From Octopus bimaculoides (lineage: Eukaryota), in the NCBI RefSeq assembly GCF_001194135.2, contig NC_068989.1, forward strand, positions 43,663,697 through 43,727,696: a DNA stretch of 64,000 nt, given 5' to 3'. Each line of letters opens with the position of its first letter. The stretch's first letter is position 1. Both the position numbers and the translations under genes were made by a program. The notes beneath the pieces were generated by a model. The model was given only the letters and a program-made list of their open reading frames with translations, ran no database searches and was not told where the DNA came from. Below are positions 40,080-52,587 of the stretch, in pieces.

Positions 40080-41324
40080 AAAGATACAAAGAGATTAGTT
40101 GCAACAAGGGAAGATATGAGTCAAGAGAGAACAGTAAATGGAGTGAGCAGAAGAGAGAGAGGGGGGGAGAAAGAGAGATGGGGGGGAGAAAGAGAGAGGG
40201 GGAGAAAGAGAGAGGGGGGAGAAAGAGAGAGAGAGAGAATGAGTGAATAGGTTTAAGAAGAATTGTCATGACAGACAGATTTCAAAATCTTTGGACCAGA
40301 CCATTGGTTTCGGAACGCTTTTTTATTATTTTTTACAATTTTTTTCTTCATTTTGTTCAATACTTTTGTATCGTCTGGTTAAGCTCCTCACTGTTCAGAT
40401 CTCACAAAATGTGTGTGTGTGTGTATGGTCCGGTAAATGTGTGTTTATAGGAGGAAGAGAGAAGGCATTGATTTTTATCTTTCAACATTCAAGAGACAAA
40501 TGAAATGAGCAGCAATGATACAGACTAAAAGTAATCAAATATATACACTTTCCTTCTGCCCTGCTCCCACCACCACCACTACTATCTTTGTGACTAGCAA
40601 AAATATATAAATAAATAGTTTTTGTTTATAATTTTCTCTCCACTTAAATAATTTCATATCTATATTTACTATTTAGATCAAATAGTAGCTAATTGACACC
40701 TCTCACTTGCAGGGTCCTCATATTCAGGAATGAAAAAACAAAAACAAAATATATATATATATATATAATGAGGTTTCATTGCAGCTAAAGAGAGACTAAG
40801 TTGGAAGAAAATATATTATTGATATCAAATTTTGGCACAATGCCAGCAATATTTGTGGGACTGGTACCTATTTTATCAAACTCAAAAGAATGAAAGGGAA
40901 AATCAACCTCAGTGAAATTTGAACTTAGAACATGAAAATGAGTGAAATACCACTAAGCATTTTTCCTGGCTTGCTAATGATTCTGCCAGCTCACCCCCTT
41001 AAAAAAAATGACAAAATATAGTACAAATACAAAGTCTTATTGCCAGAAAACCACCCATAGATATCTTCTGGCTTTTGGCCCACAAGTGCACTGCTTCTTT
41101 TCTGTATGCTTTCTACAGTATCTAGAATGGCCTCTGCTTCTGCAAGGCGACTGGACTCAATCCACCTCTTTGCCAATCAGGCATCTCTGATTCACTTATC
41201 TTTCCTCCTCTCATCAAGTTTGTTCTGACCAATCTTGCCCAACTAGGTCCCACACTACTCACTAAACCCAGTTCCTTCCTTCCTAAACTGTTAGCCCTCT
41301 AGAATTCTCTCCCACTTTATATCA

Positions 41325-41915
41325 TCATCATCATTGTTTAACATCCGCTTTCCATGTTAGCATGGGTTGGACGATTTGACTGAGGACTGGCAAGCCAGAA
41401 GGCTGGACCAGGCTCCAATCTGATCTGGCAGAGTTTCTACAGCTGGATGCCCTTCCTAACACCAACCACTCCAAGAGTGTAGTGGGGGCTTTTACATGCC
41501 ACCGGCACGAGGGCCAGTCACACAGTACTGGCAACGGCCACACTCAAAAGTGTTTTTTATGTACCACCTGCACGGGAGCCAGTCCAGCGGCACTGGCAAC
41601 GACCTTGCTTGAATACTTTTCTAACGTGCCACCAGCACAAGTTCTAGAAGGCAACGCTGGTAATGATTACACTCTAATGGTGCTATTTACAGGCCACTAG
41701 CACGGAAGCTAGACAGCTGCTCTGGCAATGAACACGCTCGACAGTGCTGTTAGTGCTCCACTGGCGCGGTGACTAGTCATCGAGTATGGTTCAATTTCGA
41801 TTTCGATTTCACTTGCCCCAACAAGTCTTCGCAAACAGAGTTTAGTGTCCAATGAAGGAGAGGTTGGCATGGGTGCCAGTCGTCGGATTCGGTTCGATTT
41901 CGATTTCAGATTCAA
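41325..41915 (-). mobile_element. Longer RTE-like LINE 3' UTR copy with internal ggcaacg subrepeats
   Basis: The first about 250 bp align with 22940-23250; it ends in two (TTCGAT)n patches. Confidence 0.7.
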
Positions 41916-42064
41916 ATTTCAAATCTTTCCTGCAATTATTGATTTATAAAGGTCCAAGAGGAACATCAATGGCATCGGTCTTACTTGCTGTAGGAGGGCC
42001 TATGAAGGCCATAGCCACTACCCCCTACCCCCCACCACAGACAAAAAATTCAAATGGTTTAAGT

Positions 42065-42293
42065 CAGGGGTTCTCAACCATTTTTATCTATGGACACCTT
42101 TGATTGCTGTTTTTTCACACATTAACTTGTTTAGGTTGAACTATGTAAAACGCTAGAGAAGAAAGCTACTGTTTCTTGCAAGACATACCAATATGTACAT
42201 CTAAAACAAAATATTTTCAGGGGCCCTTAAAATACCCCCAAAATCTTGTTACGGACACTCAGGAGCCATATGAACCCTGGTTGAGAATCACTG
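42065..42293. mobile_element. hAT (Charlie-like) MITE
   Basis: GTTTAAGT-caggggttctcaacc...ggttgagaatcactg-GTTTAAAT (7 of 8 TSD match). Confidence 0.85.
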
Positions 42294-42737
42294 GTTTAAA
42301 TGGTTTGGGCCTACCCTCACACATGGTCATGAATGCTGGTTAATAACCAAAAATGGTACGAATACAAATGGCTGAATTTAGGTTTGTATGAAGAATCTTA
42401 AAAGTAACATAACCTGTAAGGATTTATAGCTCTTGGTTGAGTTGCTACTTCTCTGCATGGATAGGCCACAGATCCAATATTACAGAATGTCACAGGAAAG
42501 AATTACAAAGCAGAATATTCAAGCCAAGCTAACCAGCAGGAGACCTAGGGGTTGACCAAGAATGAGATAATTGGATAATATCCAGTGTCTCAGTTGGTCA
42601 TGCCCAGGAATCCATCTGGAAAGTTTAATGATGGCTGTTTCTGATAGGACCATTGGAGTAGGTTCCTGAGGACTCTACCCCCATGAACCTTCCAGGAACG
42701 GTGAGCAGAGATGATGGTTGGATGCATGGATGGTTTG

Positions 42738-43118
42738 TGTTGTTGTTGTTGGCACTCCGTCACTTACGACATCGAAGGTTCCAGTTGATCCGATCAAAGG
42801 AACTGCCTGCTCGTGAAATTAACGTGCACGTGGCTGAGCACTCCACAGACACATGTACCCTTAACGTAGTTCTCGGGGATATTCAGCGTGACACAGTGTG
42901 ACAAGGCTGACCCTTTGAATTACAGGCACAACAGAAACAGGAAGTAAGAGTGAGAGAAAGTTGTGGTGAAAGGGTACAGCAGGGTTCACCACCATCCCCT
43001 GCCGGAGCTTCGTGGAGCTTTAGGTGTTTTCGCTCAATAAACACTCACACTGGTAATCGAAACTGCGATCCTATGACCGCGAGTCTGCTGCCCTAACCAC
43101 TGGGCCATTGCGCCTCCA
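42738..43118 (-). mobile_element. Relatively young tRNA-derived SINE (third family) with (CAA)n tail
   Basis: Head tggaggcgcaaTGGCCCAGTGGttagggcagc...gcaGTTTCGATTAcc with A- and B-box-like motifs. Many CpGs are retained. Confidence 0.8.
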
Positions 43119-44010
43119 TGATGGTTTGTATACATAGAATAAAAAATAAAAATTGTTCAATACTTTCAAGAATTCCTTGAACAGAATTTTATAGATTAGC
43201 AACATACACTAACACAAATAAATTTAACCAGGAAATAACTGCATGCCTTCAGTCTACATAGCTGATGATGAGTGTCACAAGCATTTCAGCCGTATGTAAA
43301 GAACCCTCCATTCAATACACGGGCAAATGATCAAATCTACAAAAACCAATCGATTCAAGCAAGAACGGGAAAATGGATAACAAAGAGATTAAGAAGCACC
43401 ACTGTTTCTTCTCTTCTTCCTCCTTCAGTCAGCAACTAAGGCATGTTTCAATGATTTTAATATCTTTACCTTTACCATAATCACCACCACCACCACCACC
43501 ACCATCACCACCACCGCCGCTGATGCCAACGTCACTACTAATACCACAACACTGCTTGCATCCATGATCAACACCAGCATCAGTATCAAGACCACCAACA
43601 CACATGAATATCATCAACAGTAACATTGAAATCACATCTGCCACTACCACTGGCACCACCACCACCACCACCACCACCACCACCACAGATACTATGGGGA
43701 AAAAAATAGTAAACCTGCTTAAATATTCTAGCTCATTTCCTTCTCCAGAAACAAGAATCTGTGCTTTCATGGATCATATAAAAAGATACACCCACAAACA
43801 CAGACACACACACACACACCACACAACACACACATACATATATATATATAAAATTAATATATATATATAATTAATAAATATATAATTAATTTATATATAT
43901 ATAATTAATAATAGTAATAGTATGACAACAAAAGAATGAATGAGACTTCGATATTATGTAAATAGAGGAATTTATCTGTAATATAACATGTGACAATTAT
44001 TCGGTTGCCA

Positions 44011-44073
44011 TAATAAAACTCTGAGTTTCGGATGTCGGGGCGGAAAACTGCTCCGGCATCTCGTCAGTTATTA
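44011..44073 (-). ncRNA. Minimal type I hammerhead ribozyme in a Penelope-like terminal repeat
   Basis: Order is UAAUAA (stem I), CUGACGA, GAUGCCGG...CCGACAUC(C) (stem II), GAAA, CUC-A-GAG (stem III), GUU site, UUAUUA (stem I). All invariant core nucleotides are present. Confidence 0.8.
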
Positions 44074-44339
44074 AGACAAACAAAAATGCTATGAAAATGA
44101 CTGTTAAACGAAGGGAAATTACTATGTAAATGACCGTTATTAAGACAAACAGAAGAGCTATTAGATTGACCGTTAAATAAAGGGAAAAAAACTCGAAAGC
44201 GGAGAAAGTAAAAGACGCTCATAGAATTTGCATATGGGCACGTGCATACATATATATGTGCGCACACACACCCACATACATGTGCCTATATGCATATGCT
44301 CACTCACACTTGCGTGAAACACATACATGCACACCTACA

Positions 44340-44738
44340 CACACGCCTATATAGCTGGATAATATGGTTGTTTTTCTTTTAACCCAGTGTCTGAAGCTCA
44401 AGGTGTGATTGTTGAACCTGGCTTTAAAATTCCCCTCTGTGAAACCCACATATTTCTTTGGCGAAACTATGTCCTTAGTGGTTGTAGAGTCTATGGTGGC
44501 TTCATAAATGATGGTCTCGGACATGCAAGCTCTATTTAGCGGGCACAAATTTTTATCCCTGCATGAACAGCTGGTTTCATTTTGTTGTTTTTGTGTGTTG
44601 TGTGTGATTATATTTTTAAAATTAGTAGTTGAGCTAAAACTGATTTTTAAGTTATGTCTATTGAAGAGCTTTCTGTAACTATGACTGATTGGAAAATGCC
44701 CATCTATAAGTGATAAATATTTACCTACATTAAAAGTT
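44340..44738 (-). pseudogene. Penelope-like element fragment: RT thumb/linker and GIY-YIG endonuclease
   Basis: FNVGKYLSLIDGHFP...LFNRHNLKISFS...CSCRDKNLCPL...IIYEATI...KKYVGFTEGNFKARFNNH...LSSYI: Cys linker plus GIY-YIG-type motifs typical of PLEs. Confidence 0.88.
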
Positions 44739-44774
44739 ATTAAATTTATATATACATACATACATATATATAGA

Positions 44775-45890
44775 TTAGGTTGTCTCACATAAAATATTGT
44801 ATTTTAAATGGGTTTCTTATGAGTCATCTATAAATGGATTTTTAATGAGTTTCTATGTATATGCCTGTTTACTCATAACTCTTTTTCTTTCCAGACAATA
44901 CCAATATTCAAAATTGCTACCACAGCTCTTATGACAATGTTGACAACTGAACAATACTGAGCTTTTGGTAATGAATCTGTTGATATTAGAACTGTTCAGA
45001 GATGGTTCCAAAGATTTCGTTCAGGAAATGAAAGCCTTAAAAATTATCCAAGAGGGAGACCAAAATCAGTTATTTGGTATGATGAATTGAATGCTTTGAT
45101 TAAACAAAATCCAAAAACAGTCTGAAAAATCAGATCAGAACTCCAGACATCTCCTGCAACTGCTTCTTGACACTTGAAGAAAATTGGAAAAGTCAAAAGG
45201 ATGGATTCATAGAAACAGACACCTTACAGTATGTTCCATGTTGATTTCTAAGTTGGAAAGAGAACCATTTTTGTACTGATTCATTATGTGTGATGAGAAA
45301 TGGATACTCTTTGATAACAGTAGGAAGACAGGACAATACTAACATGCAAGAGAGTCACCAAAACACTACCCAAAACCACTATTGCACCCTAAAATGTTGA
45401 TGATCACTGTATGGTGGTCAACAAAGGGGGTTACTCATTATTCATTTTTGCAACAAGGAAAAACTGTAACAGCAAAATCCTGTTTTCAGGAAATAGATTG
45501 TATGCATGAAAAATTAAAAAAGAAGCAACCCAGATTAGTGAATAGAGATGGCCCAATTTTGTTTCATGATAATGCACAGCCTCACACTTAAGCTACGTTC
45601 CACAAGTTGCAAACCCTGAATAATGAAACTTTGGCACACTCTCCTTATTCCCCTGATATCTCGCCTTCTAATTATGATATACTTAAACACTTCAAGTTTG
45701 CTATATGCCATAAAGGATTCTTAAATAAAGAAGAGGTAATTGAAGCATTTGAACAGTTTATCAGTGTAAAACATAACCAATTCTTTAAAGATAGAACATA
45801 TGCCTTAGAGGAACGTTGGATGAAGGTCATAAATGAACATGGATATTTTGATTAAATAGATAAATATTCTAACAATTAAAAAACAATTTT

Positions 45891-45893
<3 letters not shown>
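44775..45893 (+). mobile_element. Decayed mariner element (Hsmar/SETMAR-like transposase relic)
   Basis: Left end ttaggttg. Translations: RTVQRWFQRFRSGNESL, MCDEKWIL, LHPKMLMITVWW, ILFHDNAQPH, HSPYSPDISPSNY, LEERWMKVI...GYFD*. The right end is lost in a (CA)n tract. Confidence 0.9.
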
Positions 45894-45921
<28 letters not shown>

Positions 45922-46047
45922 CATATATATATGTATATGTATGTATGTATGTGTATGTATATATATGTATATATATATATATTATATACATATATATATA
46001 TATGTGTATATATATATTATATACATATATATATGTATATATATATT

Positions 46048-46088
<41 letters not shown>

Positions 46089-48932
46089 TATAATATAGAT
46101 ATACATGGTGTGATCCAGAGAGGAGTGGACAGCATGCTGTGACCAGCGGTGTCAAATGGACACCCAACGGACTGGTCGGCCAAGGTGATCAAGGTGATAT
46201 AATCAATTTAATGTCTACTTTCACATACTTGCATGAATTGAATTATGGTGCATTGGGCTAGTGTTTTACTGATGGATACCTTCTTGTCACCAACAACCTT
46301 TTACTTCCAAGCAGAGTAATAATCTCCCAGTTTATCAAACAAACAACCCAGACATGTTTTTGTGGTGGACTGCAAAGCAAACAACACTGTCGAGAAGCCA
46401 CTGTTTACAAACCAGTGAAGGTGAAGGAAATATGAACAAACACAAATGCACACAAGCACAGACACATATACATATGCATAAGACAAGCTTCTTTTAGTTT
46501 CCATTTAACAAATCCATTCACAAGACTTTGGTTCATCCAGAGCTATAATCAGAGACAGGATGGGCATCTGGGGTCTTCTACAATAGTCCTGAGCCAACCA
46601 AAACCTTGTGAGTGGATTAAGTGAACAGAAACTAAAAGAAGCTTGCTGATGTGTGCATGCACATGTGTATGTGTGTGCCTTTGTCTTGGCATCGTGTTTC
46701 CAAGCAGGCATCGTGTTTCCAAGCAGGCATCGTGTTTCCAAACATTTCCCCATGACCAAATGTTTTTCAAGGAAGACCAGAAAAGAATGACATTGATTGT
46801 ATGGTGGTGATACTCATTTACAACCGTTACATGATGTCAAGAGAAAAGCACACACAAAAATGAGCTTTTAGTTTCTGTCAAAGGATTCAGTTGGGTTGGG
46901 AGTATCANNNNNNNNNNNNNNNNNNNNNNNNNNNNNNNNNNNNNNNNNNNNNNNNNNNNNNNNNNNNNNNNNNNNNNNNNNNNNNNNNNNNNNNNNNNNN
47001 NNNNNNNNNNNNNNNNNNNNNNNNNNNNNNNNNNNNNNNNNNNNNNNNNNNNNNNNNNNNNNNNNNNNNNNNNNNNNNNNNNNNNNNNNNNNNNNNNNNN
47101 NNNNNNNNNNNNNNNNNNNNNNNNNNNNNNNNNNNNNNNNNNNNNNNNNNNNNNNNNNNNNNNNNNNNNNNNNNNNNNNNNNNNNNNNNNNNNNNNNNNN
47201 NNNNNNNNNNNNNNNNNNNNNNNNNNNNNNNNNNNNNNNNNNNNNNNNNNNNNNNNNNNNNNNNNNNNNNNNNNNNNNNNNNNNNNNNNNNNNNNNNNNN
47301 NNNNNNNNNNNNNNNNNNNNNNNNNNNNNNNNNNNNNNNNNNNNNNNNNNNNNNNNNNNNNNNNNNNNNNNNNNNNNNNNNNNNNNNNNNNNNNNNNNNN
47401 NNNNNNNNNGATGTGATTACATTCGGAGTTTGTTCTAGAGCTTGACAGTTGTTGCTATTAAGTATATTAATGATTCTTATAAATTATAAAAACTGAGAAG
47501 TCCAGAATCAACCCCTTAACAACTAGTTTAAAGTACATATTTACAATGTCTTTCAGTGTTTTGTTTAGAATATTTGCAGCAAATATTTCTCAATATACTT
47601 TAATGTAATCTCAACCAAGGGCAATTATTCATTAATAGAAAGTAAAAAAAAACTAGAAAAATAAAATAATATAGACATGGTTTTTAAAACTACCCACAGA
47701 GTTACAAGTTAGACAAGTCCAAAATTACTATTTATGTTATTTATGTTGTTAGCTGTATGTTTACTCACAGGTAAAGGGGTTGGTAGTACTCAGGGAATAT
47801 GGAGTCATTTCGCTTTTCAGAAATGTTCTATGTAGCTCTAAAATGTTACATTCGCACACAGACACACAGACAAAACAAATAGTGCAATAGAAAGGACTAG
47901 TATAGAGTTCTATGAAAACAGTTAAAAACAGAGAGGTGTGCTGGAAATAAACACATGTTGTATGACAATATTGCTTAGCAACAATTGTCTTGCAGCAATA
48001 TGCTTTGCCTTTTTTGTTTTTATAGTTTTCTCTGAGCAGATTAGTTGTATGTGTGTGAGTGGACATGTGTGCATTGAAAACTCTATAGGCATGTGTGTGT
48101 GTATGTGTGTATGCATGTGGGTGTCGTTTTGTTTGTGCTCTAAATATCTGTATTTCTGTATTCACGCAAGCGCGTGCCTTATTTTCAGCCTTTGTATCTG
48201 AATTAATTCTCGGATAAAGACTGAAAATAATAACAACTGCTTCTTACATAAAAATAATAAAGAAAAATTTTTTAAATCTGCTAAAACTATAATAATTACA
48301 ATTATTCTCATCAACAGTAACAACAACAATGCCTTTATTCCACATATGGCCTTAGGGAAGTAATTTTTTTTCAATGCTAAGCTTAGCAAGTGCATTAAAA
48401 TAAAGAGCTAAAATAAATGGAAAGCTTAAACAATACACACAAAAAAACTATTGTACCGTAAACTAAAAAATTAAATACAATTGCTGTCCTAAGAGTGAAA
48501 AAAAAAAACCCTATCAGTGCAAGTGAACCACAAAATCAGATAATTCGTCCTTGGTTACTACCAAGAGATGGCACTGCAGATTTGATACATATAAACAAGC
48601 ATACAAACACACCAGTCCACATACATACATACATAGATTTATACACACAGACACAGACACACATATATGTATATATATATATACACACACATGAAGACAA
48701 GGACAATACACGACTTTGTTGAAACAGTCCTTGCTGCAAAGCAAATTAAATAAAATTTGGGATTTTTTGCGGAGGGTGAAAGTGTTAACAAGAACAGGGC
48801 AGTGAGAACAAGACAGTAAAAACAAATGGTGAGGGCTGTTGAGATATAATTATTAAAGGGGACAACACACGTTAAGGCAAGCCAAACATCTCAAGTCATA
48901 TACATTATTATTATTATTGGAAAAATAATTCA

Positions 48933-48971
48933 GTCTTACAGCTGTTTCTGGGATATTCTGTCATTGGAGAC
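48933..48971 (-). ncRNA. Hammerhead relic in the left arm (core G5 to A, likely inactive)
   Basis: GTCT-CCAATGA-CAGAATATCCCA-GAAA-CAGCTG-TA-AGAC. Confidence 0.55.
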
Positions 48972-49393
48972 AAATAGGGAAAATGAGAAGGGTATAGATA
49001 AATGAAATGACAACATAGAGGACAGAATTAAAGGAATAAGGAAATGAAGGAAGAGACGCATAAAAGAAGCATAAAAGTTCATAGTTTAACTTTCCGATCT
49101 TGTAGAAATAAGTCCATAAGTCTGTTTTTTTTGTTTGTTTTTTCATGCTAGCATGGGTTAGACAAATATATTAGTGAGGCAAACCTTCCATGTCACTAAT
49201 CTCTATCTGGTTTTTCTTTTTTTCACATGTCTTTGAAGGTGCAAAGCCAGCAGATAATTTTCTACAAGATTGGAAAGTTGAACTGTGAACTTTTATGCTT
49301 CTTTTTCTTTTCTTTCTTCATCTCCTTATTCCTTTACTCCTGTCCTTTATGTCGTCATTTCAGTAATCTATACCCTTCTCATTTTCTCTGTTT

Positions 49394-49449
49394 GTCTCCA
49401 ATGACAGAATATCCCATATTCTGGGATATCCCAGAAACAGCTGTAAGAC
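49394..49449 (+). ncRNA. Hammerhead relic in the right arm
   Basis: GTCT-CCAATGA-cagaatatcccatattc-TGGGATATCCCA-GAAA-CAGCTG-TA-AGAC. Confidence 0.55.
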
Positions 49450-50647
49450 TGAATTATTTTTCCAATAATAATAATGTATATGACTTGAGATGTTTGCCTT
49501 GCCTTAACATGTGTTGTCCCCTTTAACAATTATATCTCAACAGCCCTCACCGTTTGTTTTTACTGTCTTGTTCTCACTGTCCCGTTCTTGTTAACACTTT
49601 CACCCTCCACAAAAAATTCAAAATTTTATTTAAATTGTTTTGCAGGAAGGATTGTTTCAACAAAGTCGCGTATTGTCCTTGCCTTCAAAATGCGGAGTAG
49701 ATGAAACAGGGACAACTGACGAAGGGGTATACTCTTTATGTTGCATGTCTCGTTTCTCTGTTTTTTTTTCGTTGTTCGAAAAAAGTTCATTTTCTATGTT
49801 TTCGTTTTTATGTTTTCATTTCTCATTGTGTTTAACATTTTTTTGATGTCCTGTAATGAGGTTTGCTAATTTTTCACCCAATATCTCGCTTATTTCTATT
49901 TAAAATGCTATTTTGAAATGTTATTTTGAAATGTTATTTTGATCATTCCAGCGTGTTTCTAAGGCTCTTTTATGCTAGAAATCAAAGTTTCATAAAAAAA
50001 ATTCCAGTTAATAGAATTACAGGAGGTAATGGGTTAAAGTGCCAAACTTGAGATGAAAAATCTTTTATCTCTATTTGTTTGTCATTGGAATGCATCCATG
50101 CAGGAGCACTGCCTTAAAGGGTTTCATTAAACAAACCAACCCCAGTACTTATTGTTATTATTTTCTTTTGTTTTAAAGTCACACACACTATCTCTTCTGG
50201 TGAACTGCTAAGTTACAAGGATGTAAACAAACCAATACAGGTTGTCAAGCAGTGGGGGTGCAAACACAAAGATGCACATGCCTGTGTTTGTCCTCCACCA
50301 CTACCACTGGACAACCAATATTGATTTATCTACATCTTTCTATCTTAGTGGTTCAGTAAAGGAGACCAATAAAATAAAAACCAGGCTTAAAAGTAAGTAC
50401 TGGGGTTCATTTGTTTGATTAAATAATTCAAGGAAGTACCCCAGCATGGCCACAGTCCAATGACTGAAACAAATAATGTTATAGTAGAAGATACTTGCCC
50501 TAGGTGCCACACAGCAGGACTGAACCTGAAACCATAGTTGCAAAGTAAACTTCTAAACCACAGAACCATGCCTGCACCTATAAGTGTATGTGCATACACA
50601 CATTATTGTCATTTAGCCTCCTACAGATATTATACATACATACATAC

Positions 50648-50695
<48 letters not shown>

Positions 50696-51591
50696 CAGTG
50701 AATAATGTAGACAGTTTCTGTCTACATTATTCACTTACAAGGCAGTGATTGTCTCAGGGCTATAGAAGAAGGCATTTGCCAGAAGTGGTGCATAGTGAGA
50801 CTGGATTTCAAACACTATGGTTGTGAAATGCCAGAATAATTTTTAAACACATGTCATCTACACACAGAATAAGGTTGAAGGGACATTCCTAGCTTTTTTT
50901 TTTTTCTTTTTTTTAGGCTTAACATGCTAATTCTGACTGCCTCCAAATATTAAATCAATCTATTGAATCCTTTTTACCCAGCACTTCTTTCCTCTGGAAT
51001 TAATTTCCTTCTCTCATCAAACCTACAGAACTAAAATTTGAAACCGCACTGAATGTTAACCATGTTAATGTCACTTGACAATTCCATTCTCCCAGGCAAA
51101 GAGGATGTAGAAGATGAAATACAAGCAGGGGTACTGCTCCTGCTCCTTCTCATCAGGATGATAAATTAAAAATAATACGTGACACAAGATAAACTGTACC
51201 CCATGATTAACACATTAACAGTGAACAGTAATGCACATATGCAGTACCAATACATCCATGCATAAACACTGTACGCAATCACTTCAGTGTGTGCAAGCAA
51301 CAGTCCCGCCCACTGCAAAAGTATTTGGCTAAGTGCATCGTCTTTGTGTAATATCATAGCAATGTGATAGCATCTTAATGTTATATCTTTCATAGGAATG
51401 TGGTATATCCAGTTATGCTTCCTGAATGCACATAGAAGAACCGGTGAATGCTGCATCAAATGTCGTTGCTGATACATATAGAAGGGAAAGCCATCAACAT
51501 TACTGTTATCAAAAGTAGCAACAGCGTCTGGTAGCAGTATCATCACTTACCAATGAGAGTTCACAGAGGTCAATCAAGAGTTTTTTTCACA

Positions 51592-52180
51592 ATCGATTAG
51601 TCCAAGGAATAGCAGAGATGGAGAAAGGCTATAGATTAGCCCAAGGGAGGTGGATAAATAATGAATATGGATTGCTCCAAAGAAAGGAGATGAAGAATAT
51701 GGATTCGTCCAAGAGTGGGGGATAAAGATTATGGATTAGTCTAAGGGTGGGAGATAAAAGAAGACTCTGGATTAATCCAAGGGTAAAGATGAAGGAAGAT
51801 ACTATGGATTAGTCCAAGGGTGGGAGATAAAAGAAGATTACAGATTAGTCCAAATGAGAGAATTAGTCCAAGGTTGTGAAATGAAAACTATGTATTAGAG
51901 CAGGAGACAAAGGAAGATTCTGGATTAGAGTAAATGAGGGGATGTGGAACACTTCAAGAGCATGGATGAAGAAAGATTGTAGATTAGTCTGAGGAATGTT
52001 AGAGAAGAAAGTTATAGATAAGTCCAAGAAGTGGTAGAGATGAAGAAAAATTACTGATTAATCCAAGAATGGTCGTGAAGAAAGATTATGGATTAGTTCA
52101 AGAAAGGGAGGACGAAGAAGGATTACAGATTAATTAAAAGGTGGAGGTTATGAACTAGTCCAAACGGTGGAGACAGTAGG
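51592..52180. repeat. Old, degenerate purine-rich minisatellite (unit about 30-40 bp, core ggattagtccaag)
   Basis: gattagtccaag-like cores recur about 15 times with variable purine spacers. Confidence 0.8.
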
Positions 52181-52544
52181 AATACCAGCTATCCAAAACC
52201 TTCACTAAGTCAAGTAATGAAAATCATGTCATCATCATTGACACATGTGTTTTTGCATAACAAATATAAGAAATAATTAATTAGTTTTTTTTAATGAGTT
52301 GCAGTTTGGTTTTGAGGCAAGGGATTTAGCTAACTGAATAGATCACCAGTATATTTGTAGGTTTGATATCTTGCTGAAAATCTAGATAGGTCATGTGGTT
52401 AAGATGTTTACTTCCCAACCATGTGGTCTGGGGTTCAATCCCACTGTGCAACACATTGGACAAGAGTGTCTTCTACTCTACCCTAAAGCTGACCAAACAC
52501 TTGTGAGTGGATTTAGTAGATGGAAACAGAAAGGAGACCATATA

Positions 52545-52587
<43 letters not shown>

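Larger units (their letters stand above)
48692..49687. mobile_element. Long inverted duplication (arms about 420 bp, spacer about 150 bp) of a Penelope-LTR-like sequence
   Basis: 48692-49108 is the reverse complement of 49258-49687. Mirrored ORF fragments (QQGLFQQSRVLSL / QEGLFQQSRVLSL; FYKIGKLN.ELLCFF on both strands) confirm it. Confidence 0.92.

Noticed and set aside
40161-40219. Four G-tracts with potential to form a G-quadruplex
   Set aside because: They are part of a (GA)-rich microsatellite with loops of about 11 nt; nothing indicates function.
40991-41176. ORF AKRWIESSRLAEAEAILDTVESIQKRSSALVG
   Set aside because: No splice signals or convincing homology; only a faint resemblance to LINE post-RT sequence.
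43040-43118. tRNA gene-like A/B boxes here and at other SINE heads
   Set aside because: They lack a complete cloverleaf and run into SINE bodies with simple-repeat tails, so they are SINE heads, not tRNA genes.
49715-49745. CTGACGA-AGGGG-TATA-CTCT as a further hammerhead (similar motif at 2023)
   Set aside because: No GAAA follows the putative stem II.
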